The notes under the pieces: generated by a model
Databases searched by the model: none
What the model was told of the DNA's origin: nothing
The model's input: the letters and a program-made list of their open reading frames with translations, nothing else
Made by a program: the position numbers and the translations under genes
Assembly: GCA_028716045.1 (NCBI GenBank)
Contig: JAQUQO010000001.1
Span: 64,942-128,941 of the forward strand
Direction of reading: 5' to 3'
Source of the DNA: Patescibacteria group bacterium
Lineage (GTDB): Bacteria; Patescibacteriota; Patescibacteriia; JAQUQO01
DNA: 64,000 nt
Shown here: piece after piece, positions 1 to 8,208 of the stretch
Numbering within the stretch: position 1 is the stretch's first letter
How the letters are laid out: the number at the start of each line of letters is the position of its first letter

Positions 1-2042
1 TTGGATTTTCTTTCCACAATATCACCCTCGTTACATTCGGGGCATTTAACCCCCGTTTCCTTAGCAAGGGATTTTATATTTTTACATTCCGGATATTTTG
101 AACAACCCAAAAATTTCCCGAAGCGGCCCCTTTTTATCACCATCGGCGAGCCGCATTTGGCGCAGAGTTCATCAGTTATTTCTTCTTCCGGTTTATTATC
201 AGTTCCGATATTTTTGGTATTTTTACAAGCTGGATAGTTAGAGCAAGCCAAGAATCTGCCGAACCGTCCGGTTTTTATCACCATCGGCGAGCCGCACTTG
301 GCGCAAACCTTGTCAGTCGGTTCTTCGGTGATTTCTTTTTTACTCACCTCTTCGTATTTCTTGTCCAGATTTTCTTTAAATGGTCCGTAAAATTCTTTAA
401 TCATCGGCTGCCATTCTTTTTTATCGTTAGCGATGGCATCCAGCTCATCTTCCATTTTGGCGGTAAATTTGTAGTCCACAATTTGCGAAAAATGTTTTAT
501 CAATAAATCAATAACGAGAAAGGCGATGTCTTTGGGTTTGAGCCGGCGATTTTCATCGCGCTCCACGTAGCCCCTGTCAATGATAGTGCTGATGGTCGGC
601 GCGTAGGTGGATGGGCGGCCGATACCGTATTCTTCCAGAGTTTTAACAAGGGTGGCATCGGAATATCTGGCCGGCGGTTCGGTAAAATGTTGGGCGGGGA
701 TAATTTTCAGAAGATTTACTTTTTCCTCGGTGTCAATTGGCGGCAGAACATTTTCCTCGGTCTGCAGGGGGTAAATTTTTAAAAACCCGGCAAATTTTAT
801 AATAGAACCCTTGGCTCGGAAAATATCTTTTTGGGAATCGACAATGTCAATAATAGTGTTATCAATTATCGCTTCCGCCATTTGCGAAGCCAGCGCTCTT
901 TGCCAGATTAATTTATATAATTTATATTGTCGGGGGTCTAAAAAGTTTTTAATTGCTTCGGGGTGGCGGTTGACATCGGTCGGACGAATGGCTTCGTGAG
1001 CTTCCTGCGCCAGTTTGGATTGTTTTTTAAAGAAGCGCGCTTTGCTCCGGCCATACTCCGCCCCCAAATTATTTTTTATGTAATCTTGGGAGTCTTTTAA
1101 AAATTTTTCAGAAAGATTGACGGAATCGGTGCGCATATAAGTAATCAGGCCAATGGCGCCCTCGCTGCCGAGCTCCACGCCCTCATAAAGTTGCTGGGCG
1201 AGCATCATAGTTTGTTTGGCAGAATATCCCAAGCGATGATTGGCCGCTTGCTGGAGAGTGGAAGTCGTAAAAGGCGGGAGCGGAGATTTTTTAGTTTCTT
1301 TTTTGATGACCTCGGCAATTTTATAATCACCTTTTTCCAATTCTTTTTTAATTTGCGTCGCTTCAGTTTCAGAACCAATATCCATTTTGCCGATTTTTTT
1401 TCCGGCCAGTCTATACAGCGCGGCGGTGATTTTTTCTTTTTTGGCCGTGGCAAACTCACCGGCAATGCTCCAGTACTCTTCTTTCTTAAAATTTTGAATT
1501 TCTCTTTCTCTTTCCACGGTCAGCCGCACGGCCACAGATTGGACGCGCCCGGCCGAAAGACCCTTGGCCACCTTTTTCCAGAGAAACGGGGAAAGCTCAT
1601 AACCAACCAGCCGGTCCAGCACGCGGCGGGCTTGCTGGGCATCCACTAAATCCTGATTGATGGCGCGGGGAGTTTTAAGGGCGTTTAAAATCGCTTCCTT
1701 GGTAATTTCATGGAAAACAATTCTTTGGTATTTATTTTTTGGCAAATCCAGAGCGTAAGTCAGGTGCCAGGCAATCGCTTCTCCTTCGCGGTCTTCATCG
1801 GACGCCAGAATAATCTCTGCGGCTTTGCTGGCGGCTTTTTTAAGCAGGGTCACCTGTTTTTGTTTGCTCCGCGGAATGATGTATTGCGGTTCAAAATTAT
1901 TGGGGATATCAATACCCATTTTGCTTTTAGGCAAATCGCGAATATGGCCGAAAGACGATTCCACGCGGTAATTTTTATCTAAAAATTTACCGATAGTTTT
2001 GGCCTTGGTAGGAGATTCCACGATGACTAGTTTAGTTGACAT
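1..2042 (-). CDS. topA: DNA topoisomerase I (partial, 3' end runs off the window)
   Basis: Absent from the ORF track because there is no stop in the window. The reverse strand from the ATG at 2042 reads MSTKLVIVESPTKAKTIGKFL..SSFGHIRDLP..ASDEDREGEAIAW..SAGRVQS..LITYMRTDS..AQEAHEAIRPT..GIGRPSTYA, followed by C4 zinc ribbons (CAKCGSPMVIK). Confidence 0.97.
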   Translation of the reverse strand, partial: MSTKLVIVESPTKAKTIGKFLDKNYRVESSFGHIRDLPKSKMGIDIPNNFEPQYIIPRSKQKQVTLLKKAASKAAEIILASDEDREGEAIAWHLTYALDLPKNKYQRIVFHEITKEAILNALKTPRAINQDLVDAQQARRVLDRLVGYELSPFLWKKVAKGLSAGRVQSVAVRLTVEREREIQNFKKEEYWSIAGEFATAKKEKITAALYRLAGKKIGKMDIGSETEATQIKKELEKGDYKIAEVIKKETKKSPLPPFTTSTLQQAANHRLGYSAKQTMMLAQQLYEGVELGSEGAIGLITYMRTDSVNLSEKFLKDSQDYIKNNLGAEYGRSKARFFKKQSKLAQEAHEAIRPTDVNRHPEAIKNFLDPRQYKLYKLIWQRALASQMAEAIIDNTIIDIVDSQKDIFRAKGSIIKFAGFLKIYPLQTEENVLPPIDTEEKVNLLKIIPAQHFTEPPARYSDATLVKTLEEYGIGRPSTYAPTISTIIDRGYVERDENRRLKPKDIAFLVIDLLIKHFSQIVDYKFTAKMEDELDAIANDKKEWQPMIKEFYGPFKENLDKKYEEVSKKEITEEPTDKVCAKCGSPMVIKTGRFGRFLACSNYPACKNTKNIGTDNKPEEEITDELCAKCGSPMVIKRGRFGKFLGCSKYPECKNIKSLAKETGVKCPECNEGDIVERKS

Positions 2043-2124
2043 GTTAGAGGTATTGTATTAAACTATTTAGACGTTTAAATTTTTGCTTTTTAATAACTGT
2101 AATTCTGATAAAAGGAGGGAAATA

Positions 2125-2910
2125 ATGTATGTTTTATCAGGAAAAAAGATAGATTGGAAAGCGCCGGAGAAATATCTCTACGGCGATACTCCGCTTGATG
2201 AAGTGGCTGGAGATATCCCTTTGATTTTGTCGGTGCCCCACGACGGTCATTTGACTGAAATTTGCAAAAACGGCCAAGTGGTTCCTCTTAAGCGCGTGGC
2301 TCCGAACGAAAAAAGAGACGGCGGAGTGAAGTTTATCGCGTGGAACATTATAAAAAATGTTGTTGAGCGCACTGGGTGTTGCCCTTATCTTCTGGTGCAA
2401 CAGGTCCATCGGCAGTATATCAACGAAAGTATTCGTAAGTTATACTACCAAAAGATTTTAGAGCGCGCAAGCGATGTTCACTCGCGCTTCGGCCATTGCG
2501 TCGTCTTAGACCTCCACGGATTTTCTAAACCAGGGAGATTTGAGGACTCCGACCTGGTCCTCGGGACTATGCATCGGGAAACGGTGAATCCGGCACATAA
2601 TCTGGACCGCGGGCTGGCTTTTTATCTTGGATTAATCGGCGACTATACAATTTATCTTCCTAATGCCATAGCTTTTAGGGGAGAAATGTATGATGGCACG
2701 GGTCAGGGCTATCCAACGGTGATAAATTATTTAAACCAGGAGTTTAAAAAGAACGGCGGACGGGGTAATTTTATCCAAATTGAAATTCATGGCAGATTTC
2801 GGGGGAGAGACGAAGAAGAGCGGGCCAAAGGCGAATTATTATCAAAATATTTTGCCGAAGCCTTGATTAATTTATTCACCGAATTAAAAATGAATGCCAA
2901 GCGCTCTTAA
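2125..2910 (+). CDS. N-formylglutamate amidohydrolase-like (Zn exopeptidase fold) protein
   Basis: Motifs ILSVPHDG, VVLDLHGF, DLVLGT and IQIEI. ATG at 2125 follows a GGAGG SD (ORF track start 2083). Confidence 0.6.
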   Translation: MYVLSGKKIDWKAPEKYLYGDTPLDEVAGDIPLILSVPHDGHLTEICKNGQVVPLKRVAPNEKRDGGVKFIAWNIIKNVVERTGCCPYLLVQQVHRQYINESIRKLYYQKILERASDVHSRFGHCVVLDLHGFSKPGRFEDSDLVLGTMHRETVNPAHNLDRGLAFYLGLIGDYTIYLPNAIAFRGEMYDGTGQGYPTVINYLNQEFKKNGGRGNFIQIEIHGRFRGRDEEERAKGELLSKYFAEALINLFTELKMNAKRS

Positions 2911-2926
2911 ACAGAGCGCTTTTTTT
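2899..2926. terminator. Intrinsic terminator between convergent genes
   Basis: aagcgctct-taaac-agagcgctt followed by a T run. Confidence 0.7.
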
Positions 2927-4022
2927 ATCTCGCCAAAATATAATTCATGCCGCCTAAATTTTTAACCTTGCCCTTCATCTCCATCAGCGTCAGGGCGCTG
3001 GCCGTTTCCGCGGCGTTCAGTTTAGTTTCTCGCACCAGCTCGTCAATATGTTTCGGTTCTTTGGAAAGATAAAGCAACAGTTTTTCTTCAGAGGGATTAT
3101 CAGCAAGAATTTTTTGGTTGGCGGTAAATATCTCCGAGTTTTCCAGATTTAATGTTTCTAAAATATCCTCGGCGGAAGTTACGGCCCGCGCCCCCATTTT
3201 TATTAAATTATTGGGTCCGATGGAGGTTTTACTGTAGATATTGCCCGGCACGGCAAAGACCTCGCGGTTTTGTTCCAGGGCACAGCGGGCGGTGATGAGC
3301 GCGCCGGATTCTTCGCCCGCTTCCACAATAAGCGTTCCCAGAGAAAGCCCGGCGATAATTCTGTTTCTCGCGGGGAAGTGGTGCTTCAGGGGCGGGGTGC
3401 CGATGGGGTGTTCAGAAATTATCGCTCCTCCCTCGGCAATGATTTTTTCCGCCAGACAGCGATTGGCCACCGGATAAACGCTGTTTTTATCAGCCCCGCT
3501 TCCGAGAACCGCCAAAGTTTTACCGCGGTTATTAAGGGCAGCAAGATGCGCCAAGGCATCAACACCCAAAGCCAGCCCGCTGATGACGGTAATTTTATTT
3601 TGCGCCAGCCGCGCGGCAATTTCCTCCGTCACCTGTCGGCCGTAAGGCGAAATTTTTCTCGTGCCGACAACGGCAATGGTAAAGTCGTTGTTGATATCGT
3701 GGAGCGAGCCGCGATAATACAACAAATACGGGGCGTTGTATATTTCCTTGAGCAGTTTGGGATATCCGGCATCTTTGATGGTGATAATTTTCAGGTTCTC
3801 TTCTTCTACTTTTTGCCATTCTCTATCCGGCTCTATCTCTTGGCGTTTAATGATGAATTCTTCGGCAATGTTTTCTTCCAGCCCCGCTTTTTTTAGTTCC
3901 GAAAAAGAAGCCCGCCACGCACCGGCTATGTCGGGGAAATAATTTAATAATTTATTAAATCGGACCGGACCGATTTTGGGGAATTGAGTAAGAGCTACCC
4001 AATAAGAAAGTTCATTTGCCAT
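2925..4022 (-). CDS. dprA: DNA-processing protein DprA
   Basis: YPKLLKEI, IAVVGTRK, VISGLALGVDA, FPARNRIIAGLS, SGALITA, REVFAVPG and a C-terminal winged helix. Start taken at MANELSYW. Confidence 0.96.
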   Translation of the reverse strand: MANELSYWVALTQFPKIGPVRFNKLLNYFPDIAGAWRASFSELKKAGLEENIAEEFIIKRQEIEPDREWQKVEEENLKIITIKDAGYPKLLKEIYNAPYLLYYRGSLHDINNDFTIAVVGTRKISPYGRQVTEEIAARLAQNKITVISGLALGVDALAHLAALNNRGKTLAVLGSGADKNSVYPVANRCLAEKIIAEGGAIISEHPIGTPPLKHHFPARNRIIAGLSLGTLIVEAGEESGALITARCALEQNREVFAVPGNIYSKTSIGPNNLIKMGARAVTSAEDILETLNLENSEIFTANQKILADNPSEEKLLLYLSKEPKHIDELVRETKLNAAETASALTLMEMKGKVKNLGGMNYILAR

Positions 4023-4103
4023 TTTCTTTAACAAAAATGATTATTTGTAATATAATATAAATGTTGGTATTATTATAGCACAAACTTTTCAGAGGAGGGA
4101 AAA

Positions 4104-4211
4104 ATGTTAGAATTTGAGACATGGAAAATTGCTGTTGTCGTCGCAGGAGCGGTGGCTTTTGTGGCGATATGGTGGGGGCTGAAAAAAATAGCTAAAAGAA
4201 AGCTCTTTTGA
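4104..4211 (+). CDS. 35-aa single-TM small protein (MLEFETWKIAVVVAGAVAFVAIWWGLKKIAKRKLF)
   Basis: Strong GGAGG SD upstream, hydrophobic helix with a basic tail, and a downstream terminator. Below the ORF-track size cutoff. Confidence 0.65.
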   Translation: MLEFETWKIAVVVAGAVAFVAIWWGLKKIAKRKLF

Positions 4212-4251
4212 AAAAGAAAAAGCGGGCCGGCCAAGTTGAAAAAAAGGATGT

Positions 4252-4284
4252 TCCCGTTCCAAATTTTAGGAACGGGATTTTTTT
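4252..4284 (+). terminator. Intrinsic terminator after the small ORF
   Basis: tcccgttcc / ggaacggga stem followed by T7. Confidence 0.75.
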
Positions 4285-4290
4285 ATCCTT

Positions 4291-4316
4291 GACACGTCGG
4301 TCGCGACAGACGTGTC
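4291..4316. repeat. Palindromic element with GTCGCGAC core (related to 12257-12288)
   Basis: gacacgtcggtcgcgacagacgtgtc, with direct repeats CTTGACA at 4288-4294 and 4316-4322. Confidence 0.75.
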
Positions 4317-4345
4317 TTGACAGAAAACGGTAATTATTATATCAT
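4317..4345 (+). promoter_or_regulatory. Sigma70-type promoter for the 4414 gene
   Basis: TTGACA-17 bp-TATCAT. Confidence 0.7.
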
Positions 4346-4413
4346 TTTCTAATTAGTTGTTTGAAAATAAAGTGTTTTTTTGTTGTTAACCTATAATTTA
4401 GGAGGAAAAAGAA

Positions 4414-6183
4414 ATGAGCGACGAAAAGAAGAATGGGAATGGGGACACGGATGGTAAAGAGGGCGAAACTCCAAAGAAGCCAGGTACAAGTTCAATGCGG
4501 CTCGGCGAATTGCTGGTGCGGGAAAATCTTATTTCAGCGCAGCAATTGCAAAGGGCGATTGAGGCCCAGCGGGTTGAGGGTGGAAGGTTAAATTTCCACC
4601 TTACCAAGTTGGGGCTGATTGATGAAAAGCAGTTAACCGGGTTTCTTGCTAAGCAGTATCGTATTCCGGCGGTTGATTTGCGGAAGATTGAAATCTCTCC
4701 CGAAATCATTAAGCTCATCCCTAAAGAGCTCGCCGAGAAGCATATGGTTATCGCCATAACACGCAACGAGCAGACGTTAATGCTCGCGATGAGCGACCCG
4801 TCAAACATCTTTGCCATTGACGACGTCAAGTTTATCACCGACTACAATATTGAAGCGGTGGTGGCGTCGGAAGAGGCGATTCTGGAGGCAATTGATAAGT
4901 ATTATGGGAAAGGTGAAGAAAAAGAAAAATTTTTGGGACCGCCCGTATTTGAAAAGCCGGGCCCCGAGGATATAGCAAGGGTAAACGAGGAAATGGCCAA
5001 TGACGCACCGGTGGTAAAACTGGTTAACTTGATTCTTCTTGACGCCATTAAGAAGGCAGCAACGGAGATTTATCTTGCTTACGCAAAAGCTGGCGGTTTT
5101 TCCGTAGAGTATTGTATTAACGGCGAGAAAAACCAGGCGATGATTCCGCCCCAAAAGTTACAGCCGGCTATTTTCGCCCGTCTGAAAATAATGGCCGGAC
5201 TGGATATTAGTAAGGTCGGGATTCTCCAAATAGGCACAATAGAGTTAAAGTTTAACGATGATGCCGACGCTTTCGTATTTTACCTTTGTGTTTTGCCCGA
5301 TGGAGGAGAAAGGAAAGAAGAAATTACCATCTTTTTGCGAGGTAAAAAAACGGGAACCGCTGCGATAGAGAGAAACTTTTGTAGGCAGTTTAGGAAACCC
5401 ACTGGCATACCCAACAAAGAAAATAAAGAGCCGCTGAAGTATGTTTTGCGGTTTATCGCCGGCAAATACAAGGGCGGCAGTTTTCCGCTCGAAGCGGATA
5501 AGGAGATTATACTCGGCCGTTCAGCTGACTGCGATGTAGCTCTTGTGGAGGATATGGTCAGTAAAAGACATGCTCGCATTACCTGTGGAAAAAACGAATT
5601 CTATATCCAAGATTTAGGCACCACCAATGGCACTTTTGTCAATGGAGAACGGGTACAAAAAAAGAAACTCGTTGTTGGCGATAGAATAACGATTGGGGCC
5701 AGTGTTTTAAAAATGACGGCGGGTGAAGCTGCGAGTCCTCCCGATTTCTCCGACATTAAGCCGGAAATGAATGAATTAATGGAAAAGTTTAAGCCGCAGG
5801 AAGTATCGGGAAAACAGAAAGTAGCGGAGAAAAAGAAAAGGGAGCAAAGCAAAAAACCGCCGAAATATATTCTTACCGTTACAGCTGGTCCATATCAGGG
5901 GGGAGAACGCCCGCTTGACCTCAAGGAGGGAGAAGCTCTAATAATCGGCCATTCAAGCGAAATGGATATAGCGCTTCCGAGAGACGATGAGGTTAGTCAG
6001 AAACACGCTCGCATCACTCGCGAAAACGGGAAATACTATATTGCCGATCTTTACTCCGAAAGCGGTACTTATGTGAATAAAAAGCGGCTGAATCCGGTTG
6101 AGAAAAAGGCAATCGGCCCCGGCGATATTATCAAAATCGGGACTAACGAATTTCGGCTGGATAAGGGAAAAAAGAAAAAGTAG
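4414..6183 (+). CDS. PilB/GspE N-terminal region (MshEN + N2D-like, no ATPase core) fused to two FHA domains
   Basis: RLGELLVRENLISAQQLQRAIEAQ (MshEN-like), AMSDPSNIFAIDD, DAPVVKLVNLILLDAIKK and ARLKIMAGLDI. No Walker A. FHA motifs LGRS..VSKRHARI..DLGTTNGTFVNG and IGHS..VSQKHARI..DLYSESGTYVN. Confidence 0.85.
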   Translation: MSDEKKNGNGDTDGKEGETPKKPGTSSMRLGELLVRENLISAQQLQRAIEAQRVEGGRLNFHLTKLGLIDEKQLTGFLAKQYRIPAVDLRKIEISPEIIKLIPKELAEKHMVIAITRNEQTLMLAMSDPSNIFAIDDVKFITDYNIEAVVASEEAILEAIDKYYGKGEEKEKFLGPPVFEKPGPEDIARVNEEMANDAPVVKLVNLILLDAIKKAATEIYLAYAKAGGFSVEYCINGEKNQAMIPPQKLQPAIFARLKIMAGLDISKVGILQIGTIELKFNDDADAFVFYLCVLPDGGERKEEITIFLRGKKTGTAAIERNFCRQFRKPTGIPNKENKEPLKYVLRFIAGKYKGGSFPLEADKEIILGRSADCDVALVEDMVSKRHARITCGKNEFYIQDLGTTNGTFVNGERVQKKKLVVGDRITIGASVLKMTAGEAASPPDFSDIKPEMNELMEKFKPQEVSGKQKVAEKKKREQSKKPPKYILTVTAGPYQGGERPLDLKEGEALIIGHSSEMDIALPRDDEVSQKHARITRENGKYYIADLYSESGTYVNKKRLNPVEKKAIGPGDIIKIGTNEFRLDKGKKKK

Positions 6184-6205
6184 CCAAGACAATAATTCCC
6201 AAAAC

Positions 6206-6240
6206 AAAATCCCTTCCGATAAATATCGGAGAGGGATTTT
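6206..6240. terminator. Bidirectional terminator between the PilB-FHA gene and pth
   Basis: aaaatcccttccgat-aaat-atcggagagggatttt. Confidence 0.75.
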
Positions 6241-6253
6241 TTATTTTTATGCT

Positions 6254-6793
6254 TTAATTATATTTATTCATCGCTCTTTCGGCGCTTTCAGTAAGGATTG
6301 TCAGCAGCGCCTCTTTGGCGGTTTTGATTACGTTCTTTAATTTTTTTTCTTCGCTCGGCGAGAATCGCTGCAGGACAAATTTTTCGGCGGGAATTTTAGC
6401 TCTTTGGTTGTTGGCTGTACCAAGGCGCACTCGCGTAAAATCAGGGGACTTTATTTTTTTCAGCACTGATTCCAAGCCTTTATGCCCGCCGGAAGAACCC
6501 GATTTTTTAATGCGCATTGTGCCGAAGGGCAGGTCAAGGTCATCATAAACCACGATGATATTTTCCGGCTTTATTTTATAAAATTGTTTAGTTGTTGCCA
6601 CTGCTTCCCCCGACAAATTCATAAAAGTTTGCGGTTTTAGATAAATTGTATTTTTTTCTTTGGCAATCTCCCCTTTGAGTTTTTTATTTTCTTTCCAATC
6701 CAAATCCAGGGCATCTAAAACGCGCCAGCCGATATTGTGTCTGGTTTTTTCGTATTCTTTGCCCGGGTTGCCGAGGCCGACAATTAATTTCAT
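6254..6793 (-). CDS. pth: Peptidyl-tRNA hydrolase
   Basis: MKLIVGLGNPGKEYEKTRHNIG, KPQTFMNLSG, DDLDLP, GGHKG. Confidence 0.97.
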   Translation of the reverse strand: MKLIVGLGNPGKEYEKTRHNIGWRVLDALDLDWKENKKLKGEIAKEKNTIYLKPQTFMNLSGEAVATTKQFYKIKPENIIVVYDDLDLPFGTMRIKKSGSSGGHKGLESVLKKIKSPDFTRVRLGTANNQRAKIPAEKFVLQRFSPSEEKKLKNVIKTAKEALLTILTESAERAMNKYN

Positions 6794-6809
6794 GTATTTA
6801 TGATAAATT

Positions 6810-8207
6810 TTAACGATGTTTTATTACCAAATGAATCGGTGTGCCCGTAAAACCAAAAGTTTTCCGCATTTGTTTTTCTATAAAGCGGACGTAATTTTCG
6901 TCCAGAACGACTTTTTTACTGATGATAATTTGAAACTTCGGCGGGTTGGTGTCAATTTGGTTTATTTCATAAATATAAGGATGGCGCGTTGGTTTGCCAA
7001 ATCCTCCGCCGGTGGCGCCGCTGCCTCTGGTCGGCGGGTGTATTTTAATTATTTTTTTCAAGAATTTATCCAATTGGCTTTGAGTGATTTCTTTGTTTCT
7101 TTCGGCACAAACTTCCAGAGCCAAATCTAAAGTTTTTCTGGCGCTTTTGCCGGTTTTGGCGGAAATAAAAATTATCGGCGCCCAAGAGAGCTGGGGCAGA
7201 CGGGAATAATAATAATCAACGAATTTGTTGATGGTGGCAGAATCTTTTTCTTCAATTAAATCCCATTTGTTGGCGATTATAATAATTCCCACTCCATAGT
7301 TAACTATAGTTTCGGCAAGTTGGGAATCCTGCACGGTAAGCGCTTCGCTCGCGTCGGTGACAAAAAAGGCGATGTCGGATTCCCCCAAGCTTTGAATGCT
7401 TTTAGCCACGCCCATTCTTTCCAGACCAGATTCCACTCTGGCTTTTTTTCTGATACCCGCGGTGTCCACCAGCAGAAAGTTTTTATTTTTATATTCCATC
7501 AAGATATTTTCCGGTTCTCTGGTGGTATGGGCAATGGGACTGGTGATGACGCGCTCTTCGCCGAGTAGCGCGTTTAAGAGAGACGATTTGCCGACGTTGG
7601 GCTTGCCGATAAAAGAAATTTTGATGCTCTCTACCTTTTCCAGAGTGGTTTTCTTGATTTTTAATTTTTTGAAAGTGTCGGTCAGTTTATCCAGCAGGTC
7701 GCCCACGCCCGAACCGTTGGCCGCGGAAATAGCCGTTGGTTCGCCTAAATTGAGTTTGGGCCATTCCAAAGAAAGATATTCGGCTCTTAATTTTGGATTA
7801 TCAATTTTATTTATCACCAAAATCGTCGGTTTGCGGGTTTGTTTTATCGCTCTAGCCAGTTCTTTATCGGGTGAAAGAATCCCTTCGCGCCCGTCCACCA
7901 TAAAAATAATCACCTCCGCTTCGTCCAAAGCGATTTGAGTTTGCTTTTGAATGGCCTCCTCAATTTCTTCCCCGGCCTTAAATCCGGTTTTTCGTATTGC
8001 CATAATACCACCGGTGTCAATGATTTTAAAACCATAACCATTCCAAAAAGTGTCGGCAAAGTGGCGGTCGCGCGTAGTTCCGGGAACGGGAGAAGTCAAA
8101 GAAAGGTGTTTTTCCGCCAGACGATTAAAAAGCGTGGATTTACCCACATTCATTTTGCCGATGATTACTACTTTGGGCAGTTGGTTTTTGGAAGATTTAG
8201 TTAACAT
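6810..8207 (-). CDS. der: Ribosome biogenesis GTPase Der (EngA)
   Basis: Two G domains (GKMNVGKSTLFN/DTGG/NKID and GKPNVGKSSLLN/DTAG/NKWD) plus a KH-like C-terminus (FGFTGTPI). Start at MLTKSSK. Confidence 0.96.
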   Translation of the reverse strand: MLTKSSKNQLPKVVIIGKMNVGKSTLFNRLAEKHLSLTSPVPGTTRDRHFADTFWNGYGFKIIDTGGIMAIRKTGFKAGEEIEEAIQKQTQIALDEAEVIIFMVDGREGILSPDKELARAIKQTRKPTILVINKIDNPKLRAEYLSLEWPKLNLGEPTAISAANGSGVGDLLDKLTDTFKKLKIKKTTLEKVESIKISFIGKPNVGKSSLLNALLGEERVITSPIAHTTREPENILMEYKNKNFLLVDTAGIRKKARVESGLERMGVAKSIQSLGESDIAFFVTDASEALTVQDSQLAETIVNYGVGIIIIANKWDLIEEKDSATINKFVDYYYSRLPQLSWAPIIFISAKTGKSARKTLDLALEVCAERNKEITQSQLDKFLKKIIKIHPPTRGSGATGGGFGKPTRHPYIYEINQIDTNPPKFQIIISKKVVLDENYVRFIEKQMRKTFGFTGTPIHLVIKHR

Positions 8208-8208
8208 C

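Noticed and set aside
131-305. 34-nt direct repeat (33/34 identical) at 131-164 and 272-305
   Set aside because: It encodes duplicated TopA zinc-ribbon motifs (CAKCGSPMVIK). It is not a CRISPR repeat or att site.
1-1982. Short ORFs listed in the track (1-237, 811-999, 1191-1649, 1205-1465, 1710-1982)
   Set aside because: They are shadows of topA on the minus strand, which the track missed because its stop lies outside the window.
6985-7040. Gly-rich stretch in the Der C-terminal domain (RGSGATGGGFGKP) as a possible hairpin insert
   Set aside because: Only a short ccgccg/cggcgg pairing is present and this loop is naturally variable. It cannot be supported without an alignment.
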